Part shown: piece by piece, positions 40,672 through 57,400 of the stretch
How positions within the stretch are numbered: position 1 is the first letter of the stretch
How the letters are laid out: every line of letters starts with the position of its first letter
Assembly: GCA_964016885.1 (NCBI GenBank)
Contig: OZ024740.1
Location: 383,718,001-383,782,000, forward strand
Source of the DNA: Eledone cirrhosa
Lineage: Eukaryota
Length of the DNA stretch: 64,000 nt
Reading direction: 5' to 3'
The notes under the pieces: model-generated
Databases searched by the model: none
The model's input: the letters and a program-made list of their open reading frames with translations, nothing else
What the model was told of the DNA's origin: nothing
Position numbers and translations under genes: made by a program

Positions 40672-41790
40672 AGGTTGGACAGAAGGTTTCCACCGTTTTT
40701 TAAAGGGACACCGTTTTTTTGTTAGACTTTTCTGGAAATGTTTGCGAATGCACACATTAGAAGTGACAAGTGTAAACAATAGGTGGATTTCTCATTTTCT
40801 GTTACACCATCAAAGCAGAGGTAGCATGGATCTGTTCAAATCAGTTATTCGGGACTGGTGCTTTGATGACATCAAATCTGATCTAAGCGCATCAGCGTCA
40901 AGTCGTCACATTAACAATGCGTTTGGGTCTCACACTATGTCTGAATCAGTGTCTGGGACTGGATCACATGCTTCCGTTACGGTGAATACAGCCGTGAAGA
41001 TCGAGTTCGTGCAGGACATCCATCTGACTTAAATGGTGAGAAACTGTGTGAGCTTGTGGAAGCTGACATACTCAATACACCATGTCCAAGTGCTTGGAGT
41101 ATCGAAAACACTTCTTCACTCGCTTATATGCAAAATGGAAGGTATCAACAAACTGACTAACCGTAATCTTCGAGCAACAACAAGGATACCTCTGCGCTCC
41201 TACTATCCCAAAACCAACTGCTTACTTTCCATTGTTACTGGTGAGGGAAAATGATGTCTCTACGGTAACGCCAAGCGGAGGCGTTTGTGCGTTGATAAAG
41301 CGAGTGCGTCACAATAAGAATCAAAGGCTGCCCTCCACGCTCGTATGGTGAGCGTCTGTTGGGACTGGAAATTTGTCATACCCTTCCAGTAACTCCCACC
41401 TAACACCAGCATAACATCAGCCGTCATCTTAACGGATTATCGTTGAAGATTGCACAGAGGTGACCGCACCATAGTCTTCTTCGGTCGCATCATGATAACA
41501 CTCGTCCGCAGACATTAAGGATGACCACTGAGAAGCCGCTGGAGCTAGACCGAGAGGTTCTGTCCCAACACCGTATTCACATGGCCTCGCATCTACAATG
41601 AAGACCAGTTGAATCAAGGGCTGCAAAATCGATTTGTATCGACGCCAGAATTCTTATGGGATGATATCGTGTGTCTTCCTAGATGATGCCAGATGATAGT
41701 CACAAGTGATAGCGATTATTTTCACTTCAAAGTTTTCCTGAGGTTAAAAAGCGGCAGAGTCAATAAAAATTAAAAACCAAATTAACTTAA
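40672..41790 (+). mobile_element. Mariner transposon relic
   Basis: Degenerate VTGEGK*CLY (VTGDEKW), CWDWK, HDNTRP (HDNARPH) and PYSHGLAS (YSPDLAPS). Confidence 0.8.
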
Positions 41791-42069
41791 TATATGATGT
41801 GAATGTTAGAACCTTTATGCAATGCTTTTCCCTTTAAAATATCCGATACATTTTGCCGAGATTTCCCTTCCGCAGAAAAGTTTAGTATAATTATAGACCA
41901 TAGTAGAAATGGAAACTACGTTCAAACTATTAGGGAGAATTGATTTGAATCTCTTCCTTTGTATATCATGATAATTCTATATTAATGGTTATTTGTATTA
42001 CATACATGCTTCCATGCATACATACATACACACATATATACTTAACATACATATATACATACATACATA

Positions 42070-42981
42070 ATTTGAAGGATACGCTTTTGCACTTTGAAGG
42101 ATACGCTTTTGCAATCCAAGAACAGGAAATCAACACGAAATACCCGATTCACAAAAGAGATAGGGATGCAGGCGAAACACCCAGATGTGACAACAGGTGC
42201 AGACTCTGCAGAATTAACATCGAAGATGTCACCCATGTCTTAGGCAACTGTCCAAAGATGTCATCGCGGTACTATCTACCTATGAGGCATGATGTAGTGG
42301 CCAAAACAATGTACAATGCAATCCGTAGAAAAGATAGTCCCGCTGACAAACAATGCTACAGCAATGTGAAAGACATACATATACATAATATGAAAAGGGT
42401 ACTGGTGGACTGGTCCAGTAAAAACCCCAATAAGGTGCAAGCATAACAGATCAGATATAATGATATGGGAAAGGGAAAAGAAGGCATGAACAGTAGTGGA
42501 AGTTAGCTGCCCAGCAGATGCCAATATAATATCAAAGGTTAGCGAAAAGGAGAATATTTATGCAGAAATAATGAGAAATCTGCAGATACTCCACCCTGAA
42601 TATACCTTCTGATTTATGCCTGTGATTATTGGGGCACTGGGATGTTAGTAACTGCCTCGATACAAATCTTGAGAAGCTGGGCTTCACAGAAATATAAAGA
42701 ACACAACGAGTTAGGAAATTACAAGTACAATCCATTAATGGAACAGTAAAATATGTAAAACATTCCAAAAATGTTGCATCTAATAATTGCATCCACACAT
42801 CCACACATACACATCCACACATACAGTATCATCCATACATGCACACACCTCCATGCATGCAGACATATATACATATCTACTTAGTTGATGTTGTGTAAAT
42901 TCTAATGAGAAAGTCTTGTAACTATGTTAAAACCGACTCTCTCTCTATTGGCCAACATTTGTGAAATTATAAAACCAGAAG
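42070..42981 (+). mobile_element. R4/Dong 3' fragment (related to family A) with an intact CCHC motif
   Basis: FEGYAFAIQEQEI..CRLCRINIEDVTHVLGNC. The 3' end gtgaaattataaaaccagaag is followed by (TACA)n. Confidence 0.88.
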
Positions 42982-44729
42982 TACATACATACAAACATAC
43001 ATACATTAGAAAACCACTCTATTCATAAAAAAAAGGATAACATTATAAAAGCAGAACACACATACATATATACACACATCTAGATTGCACAATGAATGTT
43101 CATCTCCCTCCAAAGATGTTGAATATAGACTACTACAGCAGTGAAGGGGTAAATTGTATAACTAAAAGAGTTCAACATGGTTTGTGATATCATAATACAA
43201 ACCGTTGACTAATACAGACCATGAACTTACGGAACACAAATTGAAAGCAAAATCATAATACCAAATTCACCGAGCTAATCCTTTCCTCAGTGAATATTTG
43301 CCTTCCTGCATATGCAATTAGTACATTACACGTAAAAACTACATAAACTAGATATCACAGACAAAATATATTTGAGTTTAGAACAGTTTTCGATAGATCA
43401 TCCGAAATTTTCACAAACTTAATATACCCTTTTTAAAGATATACATTTAAGTTTAAACCACGTAGCATATTGCACTAGAAAAACTTTCATTTCCTTATAA
43501 ATTATATTCTATATTACTTTATATTACGCACATGCACACTCAATCTAAGAGACATAACTTAAGCAGCATAAAGAGAGTTATACTCTCTTCCAACTCATCT
43601 ATAAATTACCACATACATTGTCACAGGAGTGGACATGTACATTTAAATATCCTAAGGCCCGTGTTAGACAGTTCAAGCTATGAAGCTAAGTATAAACATT
43701 CAGGAACATAGTATATCTTATGTTACATATTAACTTTACATCCTACTTTGACGTCTTTGTTGTGATTTCTGTAGCTGACTAATGTATATTTTATTGCATT
43801 ATTTATCTATTTATGTTGTATCTTCTCTAATTTTGAATGTTTTGTCACGGCAGAAATAGGTGTTTGCCGTCTAATTTGCCGATGTTATTGCGACTAACAT
43901 ACTCTTTTATATGTTCCAGTCGACATTCAGACCTCAATGGGATAGTAGAAATTCCTTCCTATTCGTTTACTTAATTTTGTTTTGTATGTCCCACTCAGCT
44001 CTTCACTTTGAAAGAAACATTTTAACCGTTTGTTAATACGTCTTTTTTTTTTGCGGATGTGAGTTTCCAAGTCTATTTAATGTCATCACAATAATTATAA
44101 ATATATATACAGTGGGGATCCGGCCGTGTAAATTGGAAAAGGCCGTTTCTGACATGACCCGCTGGAAAGCGTTCTTGAGCATCTGCTCCGACGACCATAC
44201 CAGAAATAAACGAAGATGAAGGGGTTTACATATAATGCAAAATTAAGAGGTTCTGTACAAATCGTATTATGTAGGGAAAATAACAATACAGATTTGAAGA
44301 TGCCACAATTTTATTTTTATACCCAAGCAAGTTTACAATATACAACGGGAATAAATGACATCCTATAAAATAATATAAATATACATATATTTTGTAAATA
44401 TAGGTAGGTATTTAGTTTTTGCATTACAGGTTTTTTAGTAGCTTTTCAAAATTGCATTTCTGTCTATGTTGTTGGTGGATACAGTTTACCATTCACAGGT
44501 TTCTATATACGTGTGAGATATGTCCTCCGTACACAGTTGTTTGCCGCTCATTAAAAGAAGTAATAACCTTTATATTGTCTGAATAAAGTTCTTTCGTTAT
44601 AAATAGTAAACGTGTATAGATCTAAACAAATATTTATTGCTTATTCAAATATTTAATATTGTTTGCCCTACATATATATTTATATATATAAATGTGTGTG
44701 TGGTGAGCACAGTTAAAAGATACTCAGTA

Positions 44730-44800
44730 CTCGATAAAATAAAGTACCAGTAATACACTGGTTGTTTGGTGGCCTTGTGCCAAAAGTAGAAACAATTATT
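44730..44800 (+). mobile_element. SINE 3' fragment
   Basis: tcgataaaataaagtaccagtaatacactgg...ggccttgtgccaaaagtagaaacaattatt, close to 20381-20450. Confidence 0.75.
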
Positions 44801-45101
44801 TCATATAGAGATGGCTTCTAGAGGACTAGGACTGTTTGATTCGGGCGAAATGATCAGGAAGCCGACTGTCCAAGTAATATGGTGGTATTGATATATATTC
44901 CGGTGGTAGGAGAGGATGGTGATTGGGATGGGTGAAAGTCATTGGTTGATGAGTTCAAAGAAAAGGGGATTCTTTAAAAACTATATTTAGAGTAACAAAT
45001 ACAGAAAGAATTCTATAGACAAGTTCTAGTTCAAACTAAGGGGGGGGGGGTACCACTCCTGATTTTTAAGGTTCATTTAAGCTAACAATGGCTATGGTCA
45101 G

Positions 45102-45162
<61 letters not shown>

Positions 45163-48147
45163 TGTATGTATGTATGTATGTATGTATGTATGTATGTATG
45201 TATGTATGTGAATGTGTGTTTGTGTTAGTGTGTATACTTTGACTTAGCCTTTCACCGCCAGTGATATGACACACGTAAATAATGTCATCTTACTACTTAA
45301 ATGGTTAGGAAATATGTAACGGAGATTAGGAATTTAAAGAGAATATGCTCCCTAGCTGGAATAAATAGGAAGCTTTCATTGGTTGGTTCAACCCAACATA
45401 TAATTTTGCTCGTTATTCCACACGAAAACGAGTTACTGGACGATGTTCCCATGTGTACAACATTCCAATTTAAATACAATAGACAGCAGATAATTGTGTT
45501 TACGGAATTACTCTTTATATTGATGTTACTGTCCTTGCAGCAATATTGAGAGAGTGACGTAATTTTATTGCCAATGTGAGTGAGTATTCTAGTTGTTCGT
45601 CTCACTGTTCCGAACTTAATGGTTATTCACTCAGCACCTAACTTGGTCCAGGTGAAGCTAACGTACTCTATGCTGGATATTTAGGGTCAACGGCATAACA
45701 TTTCTTAACAAGGTGTTCCTTCAAATGCAACAGAATATGTTGGATTTCTTCTTATCAACTGTTTCAAAATGTGCAGCCGTTCAAATAAGCAGGGCTTGTA
45801 TTTATGAGTTTCTGATGACTACGTTGGGGGTCCTGTGATGTATGCTTTGTGTTATTCTGGATGAATCATTTCTGTGATCGTAGGAATTCCATATAAAATG
45901 GTACAGGGTAGTGGAGCTTACCCTGACCCTGGGCCTGAATGAGATATGCTTAAAAGCTTCTAGGTCCACATTATTCTCCATTTTACTATCATTTGCTGCG
46001 TCGATTGCTATATCGTAGGGCAAAATTCTCTAATGGAATTTTAGTGGGGTTTCGAGTGCTGCAAGCTATTGCACGAGGTGGATCTCTGCAGGTGCTTATT
46101 TTCTGTGTTGGCATGTGAAGTTCGAAGCATTGTTATTTAGACCGCAACAATTAACCATCACTTTATTGCAACTAAAGTGTTTTCGGTATTTATGGGTGTT
46201 TGAGAATTAAAGTTTAATTAGAGACAGCAAGCTTTTTGCTATAGTTTGACGATGTCTAGAATTGGAGATTAAATCAGATTAGTTTTACTTCCTAAATCTT
46301 TTTGGATGGGTGATTGAACATCCAAGTACTATTATCTCAATTAAATCACTATTCATCAGTTTTCAATCGTAGTGGCCTACAAACATTTAGAAAAATAGAA
46401 CATGATAAACTATAGATATTTTTGCTAAGGCCTACTACTATACTTCGACTTATAACTGGGAACGGGTTTTATGTGTTCGAATGGATATACATTTTTTCCT
46501 CTTTATGTGTCTTTTAGTTGTAGCCATATTATGTTCTGTGATCTATGCTAATGGTCAGAATATCCACTTTTATTATGTTGGTTGTATAATTTTTCTTTAA
46601 AAGCAACTACGTGTAATCTATACTAGATGTTTCCTAGCATATTGTTTGAGGTGTCATGCCGTCTTTCTACGCTGGGCTGAATTGTTATTGCTGTTGTAGT
46701 TTATTTCATGTTCTACCATGTTCGGCAGATATGGAAACAAAGAGTTTAATAACTATCAATATATTTTTATTTAGTTTCTTCTGTAGAGGGTACGGTGTGA
46801 TTTGAATGAGATTTGAATGAGATTTGACTATTATATGTATAAATTCTATTCTCCGTGCAGATCCCTCCTTGATTATATTGCTAGATTTATATTGAAGATA
46901 TGACGGCGTATGATTAGTTTCCAGTATGTTTTATTTGCTTCGTATCGTTTATGCGTATTGAAACTCTACTAACTATTCTTCGTCTGTTTAGGCTGTTTAC
47001 TACAGATTTATAGCCAACGAATATTTCGTACGCTCGGTGTTAACAGTTCTTCCGCGCTGTTAGATTTTGTCTGTCGAGCTTACATTGTTTGACATGCATG
47101 TTGGCTGTGACCACCCCCTTCTACTTTGATGTAATGTATCCAAGATGCATGTTGTTATTATCATTAACCGATGACATGGTGGGGTTTAGAAGCAATATTG
47201 CAGGCAATGTGTTTTTGAGTTTTCATGTCTGCAGGAACATGGCAATATCTGTGGCCTGGTAGAGCAATTCATCTGATAATGAAATCTGCCTTTAAGGCCT
47301 TTCAGAGAGAGGACTTCGGTAAAGACCTTCTAAGATCCATGTAACGGTATTAAAACGGGCAATTAACTGTTCACCCGTTAGTAAATATTAGAATTGTCAC
47401 CACAAAAGATGGACCACAATATATAAAAATCGAAAACAAATGCCAGGCAGTAATGAATGTAAGAAAAAATTAATGGATCAAACTGGACAGACGGATAACG
47501 CATCGAAAATAAATCTAAGGTCTCTATCCAAAGTTATATAATATCCTGCTTCCTCTAACGCTAAAGATAATTGTGAAAGAAACATTCAATCGAATGATAA
47601 CTATATAATCATTAAAACAGCTTGAATGTTGCTTGCAATAAAATCCCTAAGCAATATACAAACATCGACAGTTTTAGAGCATTTATTGTCTAAAACATAA
47701 ATATAAGAGACAAATATCTGAATATGAAATGTTATTTTGAAAAACTAAACAAGGTGAAAGGAAAGCGGTTCTTATGCATCACAGAATGGAAGAGGGTCTC
47801 TATACACATGTGTGCATAAATTACCACATATATGCACGCCACACGAAAATATACACATGCACACACACGCACACGCACACACTCAGACAGACACAAACAA
47901 AACACGCAAATGTATATATGATTATATGCATATATATGTAGAGAAAGACTGAGTGATAGGAGAGAACGTCTGTCGATAGCAAAAGTACATGTCAAGGAGA
48001 GTGTGTAGTAGAACTTTAAAGGCAGCTTTACAAAAACAAGATACCGCAGACCACCATGGTGAAGAAAGGCACATTTAACTAATGAACGTAACATACCGAG
48101 AAATTACACCAATCGGCATATACACACGTACACATACACAATTATGC

Positions 48148-49266
<1,119 letters not shown>

Positions 49267-52167
49267 ACTTTGAACTTTGAAATGTTTTGGCCAGTATTGG
49301 CCCAGGCCATGTCTAACTTAATAGCACCACCTGGCGAAGTCTTTCAATTCAGGATTTGGGCACCATGGCCCATTCGAGAAGAGAATTACTGTTTGCGGAG
49401 ACACATCCGGGTGTGGGTGGTTTGTCCGGGATTTCTTGGAGGAATTTGTCCAAAGACTTCTTGAATTTTGTGTGGTCAGTTTCTGTTTTGACGTGTCCTG
49501 GTGTGATGTTGAAGAGAGCAGGGCCGATTGAGGTGAAATAATTGTGCCGTATTGTTGTTATGAGTTGCGATTTAGAATTTTGAATGGACGGATAGCACGG
49601 GGCCCAAGCCTTGGGTGTATCTTGAAGGCGATGCCAACATCATTTGGTCAGTGATGATGGAACATTTTCCACATCATGCAGATAATATAACGCTCACGGC
49701 GACGTTGGAGTGAGTAAAGTTTCAGGTTTTCTAATCGACCCCAGTAGTCAAGGTCTGACATGCCATCTATCTTTTTCGTGATTGCCCTTTGAGGAGCTTC
49801 AAGTTTCATGATACTTTGTTTCGTGTGGGGAGACCACAGTGGACAACAGTATTCAAGGTGTGCTCGGGCAAAAGTAGAGAAGAGAAGGATAATGGTGCGG
49901 GAATCTCTCGACTGGAAGGTTCTGAGGATCCAGGAACACATTCTGCGGGCCATGTCAACTTTGCTGCTTATATGCGTGGTCCAGCTTATGTTGCTGTCCA
50001 CGGTTACTCCCAAGTCTCTGATGTTGTTAGATGCCACGAGAGTTTCCCCGGAGGGAAGGGAGTACGGGAGTTTCAGAGCATCCTCTTTTCCAAAGTGGAT
50101 CAGTTCGAATTTGTCTTCGTTCAGTAACATGTTGTTCTTTTCTGCCCATTGGGTAACAGCCAGTAGGTCTGACTGAAGGCTTATCCGGTCATCCACGCCA
50201 TTGATGACCTTTTGGAGCTTGGAATCATCAGCGAAAATTTTAATGTTGCTGTGTTTGATGATGTCAGTGATGTCATTAATATAGATGATGAAGAGAAGTG
50301 GGCCCAACACAGTGCCTTGTGGGACCCCACTACTGACTTTGGCTGGGCTTGATTTGACTCCCTCAACTACAACATGTTGGGTTCTGTTTGACAGGAAGCT
50401 CTTGATCCACTGCAGCAGCTTTCCAGTGACACCAATATTGGACAGCTTTCTCAGTAGAATGTTATGATCAACCCTGTCAAAGGCCTTGCTGAAATCAAGG
50501 TAGATAACATCAGTGTTGGAACCCTCTCCCAAGGCTCTCAAAATGTCATCAAAGTGATGCAGTAGCTGCGTCAGGCAATCCCTTCCATTACGGAATCCAT
50601 GCTGGTTGGAGTTCAGCATATTGTTACTCTCAAGGAAGTGGGTCATTCGCGATCTCACCACTCTCTCAAATACCTTAATGATATGAGAGGTGAGTGAGAT
50701 TGGACGGTAATTCACGGCAAGGGATTTGTTTCCCTTTTTGAAAACTGGGACAACAGACTGGGATAGAAGGTTTTCTGGCACATATCCAGCATCCAGTGAG
50801 TTCCGCCACAGATTGGCAAGAGGAGATGCAAGTTGGTGTTGACACGCCTTCAAGACACAAGCAGGGAACCTATCGGGACCTACTGCTGAATTATGCTTGA
50901 TTTCCTTTATTGCCGCCAAGACATCAGGGGCGCCAAACGTTATGTCCGATAAGGTGTAATGGGGAGTAACATCGCCGATACAGCCCAGATCGGCCATATC
51001 AGGATTGCTGAAAACAGAGCAGTATTGTTTCTGCAGTATCTCACCCATGGTTTTAGCATTGTCTTGAAGAGTGCCATTTTCATCAATTAGAGGGCCAACA
51101 GTAGAGCCAGTGATTTTGTGTTTTTTTGCAAATGAAAAGAACACTTTGGGATTGAGTTTGATCTTCTCAATGGCCCAGGCCTCTTCAGCTCTTCTCTGAT
51201 TGTTGATGAGGGACATTATGTTGTTTTGGAGGTTATGTTTTTTAATCTCTAGTGATGAAATGGCAGTCAAGTTGATGTGTTGCTGCTGACAGTATTTCAG
51301 CTTGTTGATTTTTTTGTTCGTTCTCTTAATTTTTCTGATGAGCGTTTTTCTATTTCTAGGGATTCTGCTCTTAGATTTGTTTATAGTTCTTAATGGGGTG
51401 TGTTTAGCACATATGTTTGTAACAGTGTCCACAAATGTCTGCCAGGACTTTTTGATGTTAGCGGGTGTATGAGTGTGCGTGAAGGACCAGTCGACATGTG
51501 CAAGATCATGACTAATCGCTTCCAAGTTTGCATTGTGGAAATCCATAGCGTCAAACGGATGGACAGGAGAGATGACATTGGGTTTGTATATTGGACGGTG
51601 GAATCTCAGATCACAGAGAACCATGTCATGATCAGAGAGTAGAGTTTTCTCCACTGCAATATTGTGGATATTGTCAGTGTGATTGCTGAAAATTAAGTCT
51701 AGGACGTTTTTGTGACACCTCGTTGGTTCGAGCACCAGTTGGGATAGGAAGAAATCATCCATGAAGTCAAGAAGCGATTACACAGCTTCCCTGTCAGAGG
51801 TTGAGGCAGAAGAACCTGGTGGCAGGCTGTTTGTGGACCAGTCAACTCCGGGGAGGTTGAAGTCCCCCATCATTAAGATGTTGTCAGGGTGACACTCTTG
51901 GATGAAACACTTTATGCTGTTGAGGCATTCCTTGAAGCATGGTACAGGCGTTTGGGGTGGCCTATAGAGCCCAACTACTAATAGGTTGTTGGTTTGACTG
52001 AATACAGTGACTGCTTCACAGTATCCATTAGTGAATATGTTCATAGCCTCTGTTGAGAAAGAATTATGGACATAAATGGCAGTTCCGCCCTTTCTTCTGC
52101 CAGCGCGATGAGCAAGGATGGCTTTGAAATTTTTCACTTTCACCTCGGCTTCCAAGTGGAGGTTACT
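49267..52167 (-). mobile_element. CR1-group LINE (APE + RT), 5'-truncated, relatively young
   Basis: APE motifs (GGTAIYV, YRPP, GDFNLP, VLDLIFS, LSDH) and RT motifs (AVGPD, NYRPISLTS, QHGFR, YLDFSKAFD, GVPQGTVLGP, IFADD). The frame is continuous apart from stops at 51778 and 49648. The 3' end carries a TTCAAAG repeat. Confidence 0.93.
49648..51762 (-). pseudogene. LINE ORF2 segment, 704 aa open
   Basis: ORF track; complete RT domain with FADD. Confidence 0.9.
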
Positions 52168-52838
<671 letters not shown>

Positions 52839-53142
52839 TAAATTGAAACAAAATGAAAACGAAATTTCATTTCTCACTCTTAGTATGGCACTTACTTAAA
52901 TGTAAGTATGCATGTATACGTACATACATATATGTGTACAGACGTACAGTAGCATGCACATATATATATATATATATACATATATATATACATATGCATA
53001 CAGGTACACATACATATATGCACGTATCAGTTTAGCGGCGCTAACGTCGCTTTGTTCGTTTGTAAACAAACTGAACAGCCTGAATTTATGCCATACGGTG
53101 TTAAGGCAACCACGTCACCTTTTTGTTCAACACTGACACAGG

Positions 53143-53187
53143 AACGATGTACTAGTTTCAAGCTTGTTAGCTATCATCAGCACCGTT
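53143..53187 (-). ncRNA. Minimal type-I hammerhead ribozyme
   Basis: aacggtg-CTGATGA-tagc(taacaa)gctt-GAAA-ctag-TA-catcgtt. Confidence 0.88.
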
Positions 53188-53608
53188 TACCCATCTGCCA
53201 GATAGTTGAACGTTCGAAAGTATATACTTTCCTTATGAAAATTAACGGCTGAGCAGCCTAATTTGCATATTGAGTGAGTTAAATCGGTCAGGCATACCGA
53301 AAACGATAAATTGAAACAAAATGAAAACGAAATTTCATTTCTCACTCTTAGTATGGCACTTACTTAAATGTAAGTATGCATGTATACGTACATACATATA
53401 TGTGTACAGACGTACAGTAGCATGCACATATATATATATATATACATATATATATACATATGCATACAGGTACACATACATATATGCACGTATCAGTTTA
53501 GCGGCGCTAACGTCGCTTTGTTCGTTTGTAAACAAACTGAACAGCCTGAATTTATGCCATACGGTGTTAAGGCAACCACGTCACCTTTTTGTTCAACACT
53601 GACACAGG

Positions 53609-53653
53609 AACGATGTACTAGTTTCAAGCTTGTTAGCTATCATCAGCACCGTT
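53609..53653 (-). ncRNA. Minimal type-I hammerhead ribozyme
   Basis: Identical to 53143-53187, 466 nt away. Confidence 0.88.
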
Positions 53654-53806
53654 TACCCATCTGCCGTTTTCATTTTGTTTCAATTTATCGTTTTCGGTAT
53701 GCCTGACCGATTTAACTCACTCAATATGCAAATTAGGCTGCTCAGCCGTTAATTTTCATAAGGAAAGTATATACTTTCGAACGTTCAACTATCTGGCAGA
53801 TGGGTA

Positions 53807-53851
53807 AACGGTGCTGATGATAGCTAACAAGCTTGAAACTAGTACATCGTT
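53807..53851 (+). ncRNA. Minimal type-I hammerhead ribozyme
   Basis: 7-bp helix I aacggtg/catcgtt, CTGATGA 53814-53820, GAAA 53835-53838, palindromic ACTAGT helix III. Predicted cut after A53844. Confidence 0.88.
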
Positions 53852-54092
53852 CCTGTGTCAGTGTTGAACAAAAAGGTGACGTGGTTGCCTTAAAACCGTA
53901 TGGCATAAATTCAGGCTGTTCAGTTTGTTTACAAACGAACAAAGCGACGTTAGCGCCGCTAAACTGATACGTGCATATATGTATGTGTACCTGTATGCAT
54001 ATGTATATATATATGTATATATATATATATATATGTCCATGCTACTGTACGTCTGTACACATATATGTATGTACGTATACATGCATACTTAC

Positions 54093-55893
<1,801 letters not shown>

Positions 55894-55948
55894 GTGAGGT
55901 TTTTTTTACAAAATGAAAAATAACCGAGGTGTCCTACACGAGTGAAAG

Positions 55949-56152
55949 TATAAAGAAAAAGAGATGAAATCGAAAATGCAACTGAAGTCTTATTATTTTT
56001 TTTTTTTTTTTTTAAATATATATATTTATTGGTTCCTTTACCGGTTTCGCACTGCGAAACCGGTAAAGGAACCAAATAAATATATATATTTAAAAGTAGG
56101 AAAAAAAAAAAATAATAAGACTTAAGTTGCATTTTCGATTTCATCTCTTTTT

Positions 56153-56158
<6 letters not shown>
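55949..56158. repeat. Palindrome with ~105-bp arms centred on 56052
   Basis: ...taccggtttcgca c tgcgaaaccggta...; the arms match out to ataaagaaaaagagatg. Confidence 0.9.
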
Positions 56159-56204
<46 letters not shown>

Positions 56205-56229
56205 GTATATATATATATGTATATATATG

Positions 56230-56294
<65 letters not shown>

Positions 56295-56302
56295 GTATAT
56301 AA

Positions 56303-56435
<133 letters not shown>

Positions 56436-56451
56436 AAAATTAGTATATCTA

Positions 56452-57119
56452 CTTATGAAAATTGACTTAATTACTAAAATGTCACTCCAACTAATTAGTT
56501 TCTGTAAGGGGATAAATATGGTTACGGAGCGTATCCACAGAGTGAAAGTTTAGTAAGTAAGTCAATTTTCATAACTTTCTTATTTACGTCTTTCATATAA
56601 TTGTTCTGCATCCCCTTGCATAGAACCACAAAGTTACTAAGACAAAACATATATATTTGCTAACATAGGTATGCATCTGTATACATATGTTGGTAGATAT
56701 ACTAATACTTTATAATTACCTCCAAATTATTTGTTGAGCAAAACTTGCCGAAATTACTACTATGATTAATAGTAGTGGCTAGGCCCTGTCTTAATAGCAC
56801 CCCCACTCCTCACTGATTAACCTCAGTGTCACGTGATTGATTCTTTTGAATTTGCCACTTGACCAAGTAGGCCGTGAATTTTTCAATGTCTTGGAATCTA
56901 GTCCACGCTCGCTTTTTTCCATCCACTGAATTATTTTTATATAAGTTCCCAGTGTCCTCGCATTGCCTGGAAGCTTAGCTGAGAATAGACTCCCTGATGA
57001 CGTAAGGCTTCTCTGTGGATAAGCTCCGTAACCATATTTATCCCCTTACAGAAACTAATTAGTTGGAGTGAAATTTTAGTAAGTAAGTCAATATTCATAA
57101 CTTTCTTATTTACGTCTTT
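56452..57119. mobile_element. HHR element: inverted ~90-bp arm, 526-bp unit and ~54-bp terminal redundancy
   Basis: 56452-56542 is the reverse complement of ~57011-57100; 56541-56593 matches 57067-57119. (TA)n flanks. Confidence 0.87.
56989..57069 (+). ncRNA. Type-I hammerhead ribozyme
   Basis: actcc-CTGATGA-c-gtaagg...ccttac-a-GAAA-ctaattag-TT-ggagt. Helix III palindrome ACTAATTAGT; predicted cut after T57064. Confidence 0.8.
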
Positions 57120-57130
57120 TATATATATAT

Positions 57131-57171
57131 ATTGTTATGCTCTGGGAGGGTCATGTAAACAAATTCAGAAA

Positions 57172-57174
<3 letters not shown>
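57131..57174. mobile_element. 44-bp PLE footprint made of two opposed 3' termini
   Basis: attgttat..tgggagggtcatgt (as at 3868-3893) joined to aaacaaattcagaaacga (as at 10594-10611). Confidence 0.7.
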
Positions 57175-57242
<68 letters not shown>

Positions 57243-57400
57243 GGGATAACAAGTTATCGTTATAGGTAATCCAGTTAGAGGTTGTGAGTACTCTGTGTCG
57301 TGGATAGTTTTAAGCTACGGCTTTGTTTGACTTAACAAGATGTTTCAATGGTTAGGCAGCGAGTTCGCGATAATTCCTATGTAGGTTATACTTGGAGTAA

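Larger units (their letters stand above)
52839..54092. mobile_element. Retrozyme-like element: ~1.8 tandem units of 466-468 bp (minus sense) plus ~0.9 inverted unit, with three HHRs
   Basis: aattgaaacaaaatgaaaacg at 52841 and 53309; inversion junction at ~53665; near-identical copies; no coding potential. Confidence 0.9.

Noticed and set aside
45802-46023. ORF with faint resemblance to an FMN hydroxy-acid oxidase N-terminus (AANDS..EAFKHISFRPRV)
   Set aside because: Short, with an in-frame stop just upstream, no clear splice context and no downstream motifs. Chance or decayed TE; BLASTX would settle it.
49648-49650. TGA near the end of the CR1-group ORF2 as recoding
   Set aside because: It is more simply a point nonsense mutation; the element has another stop and is truncated.
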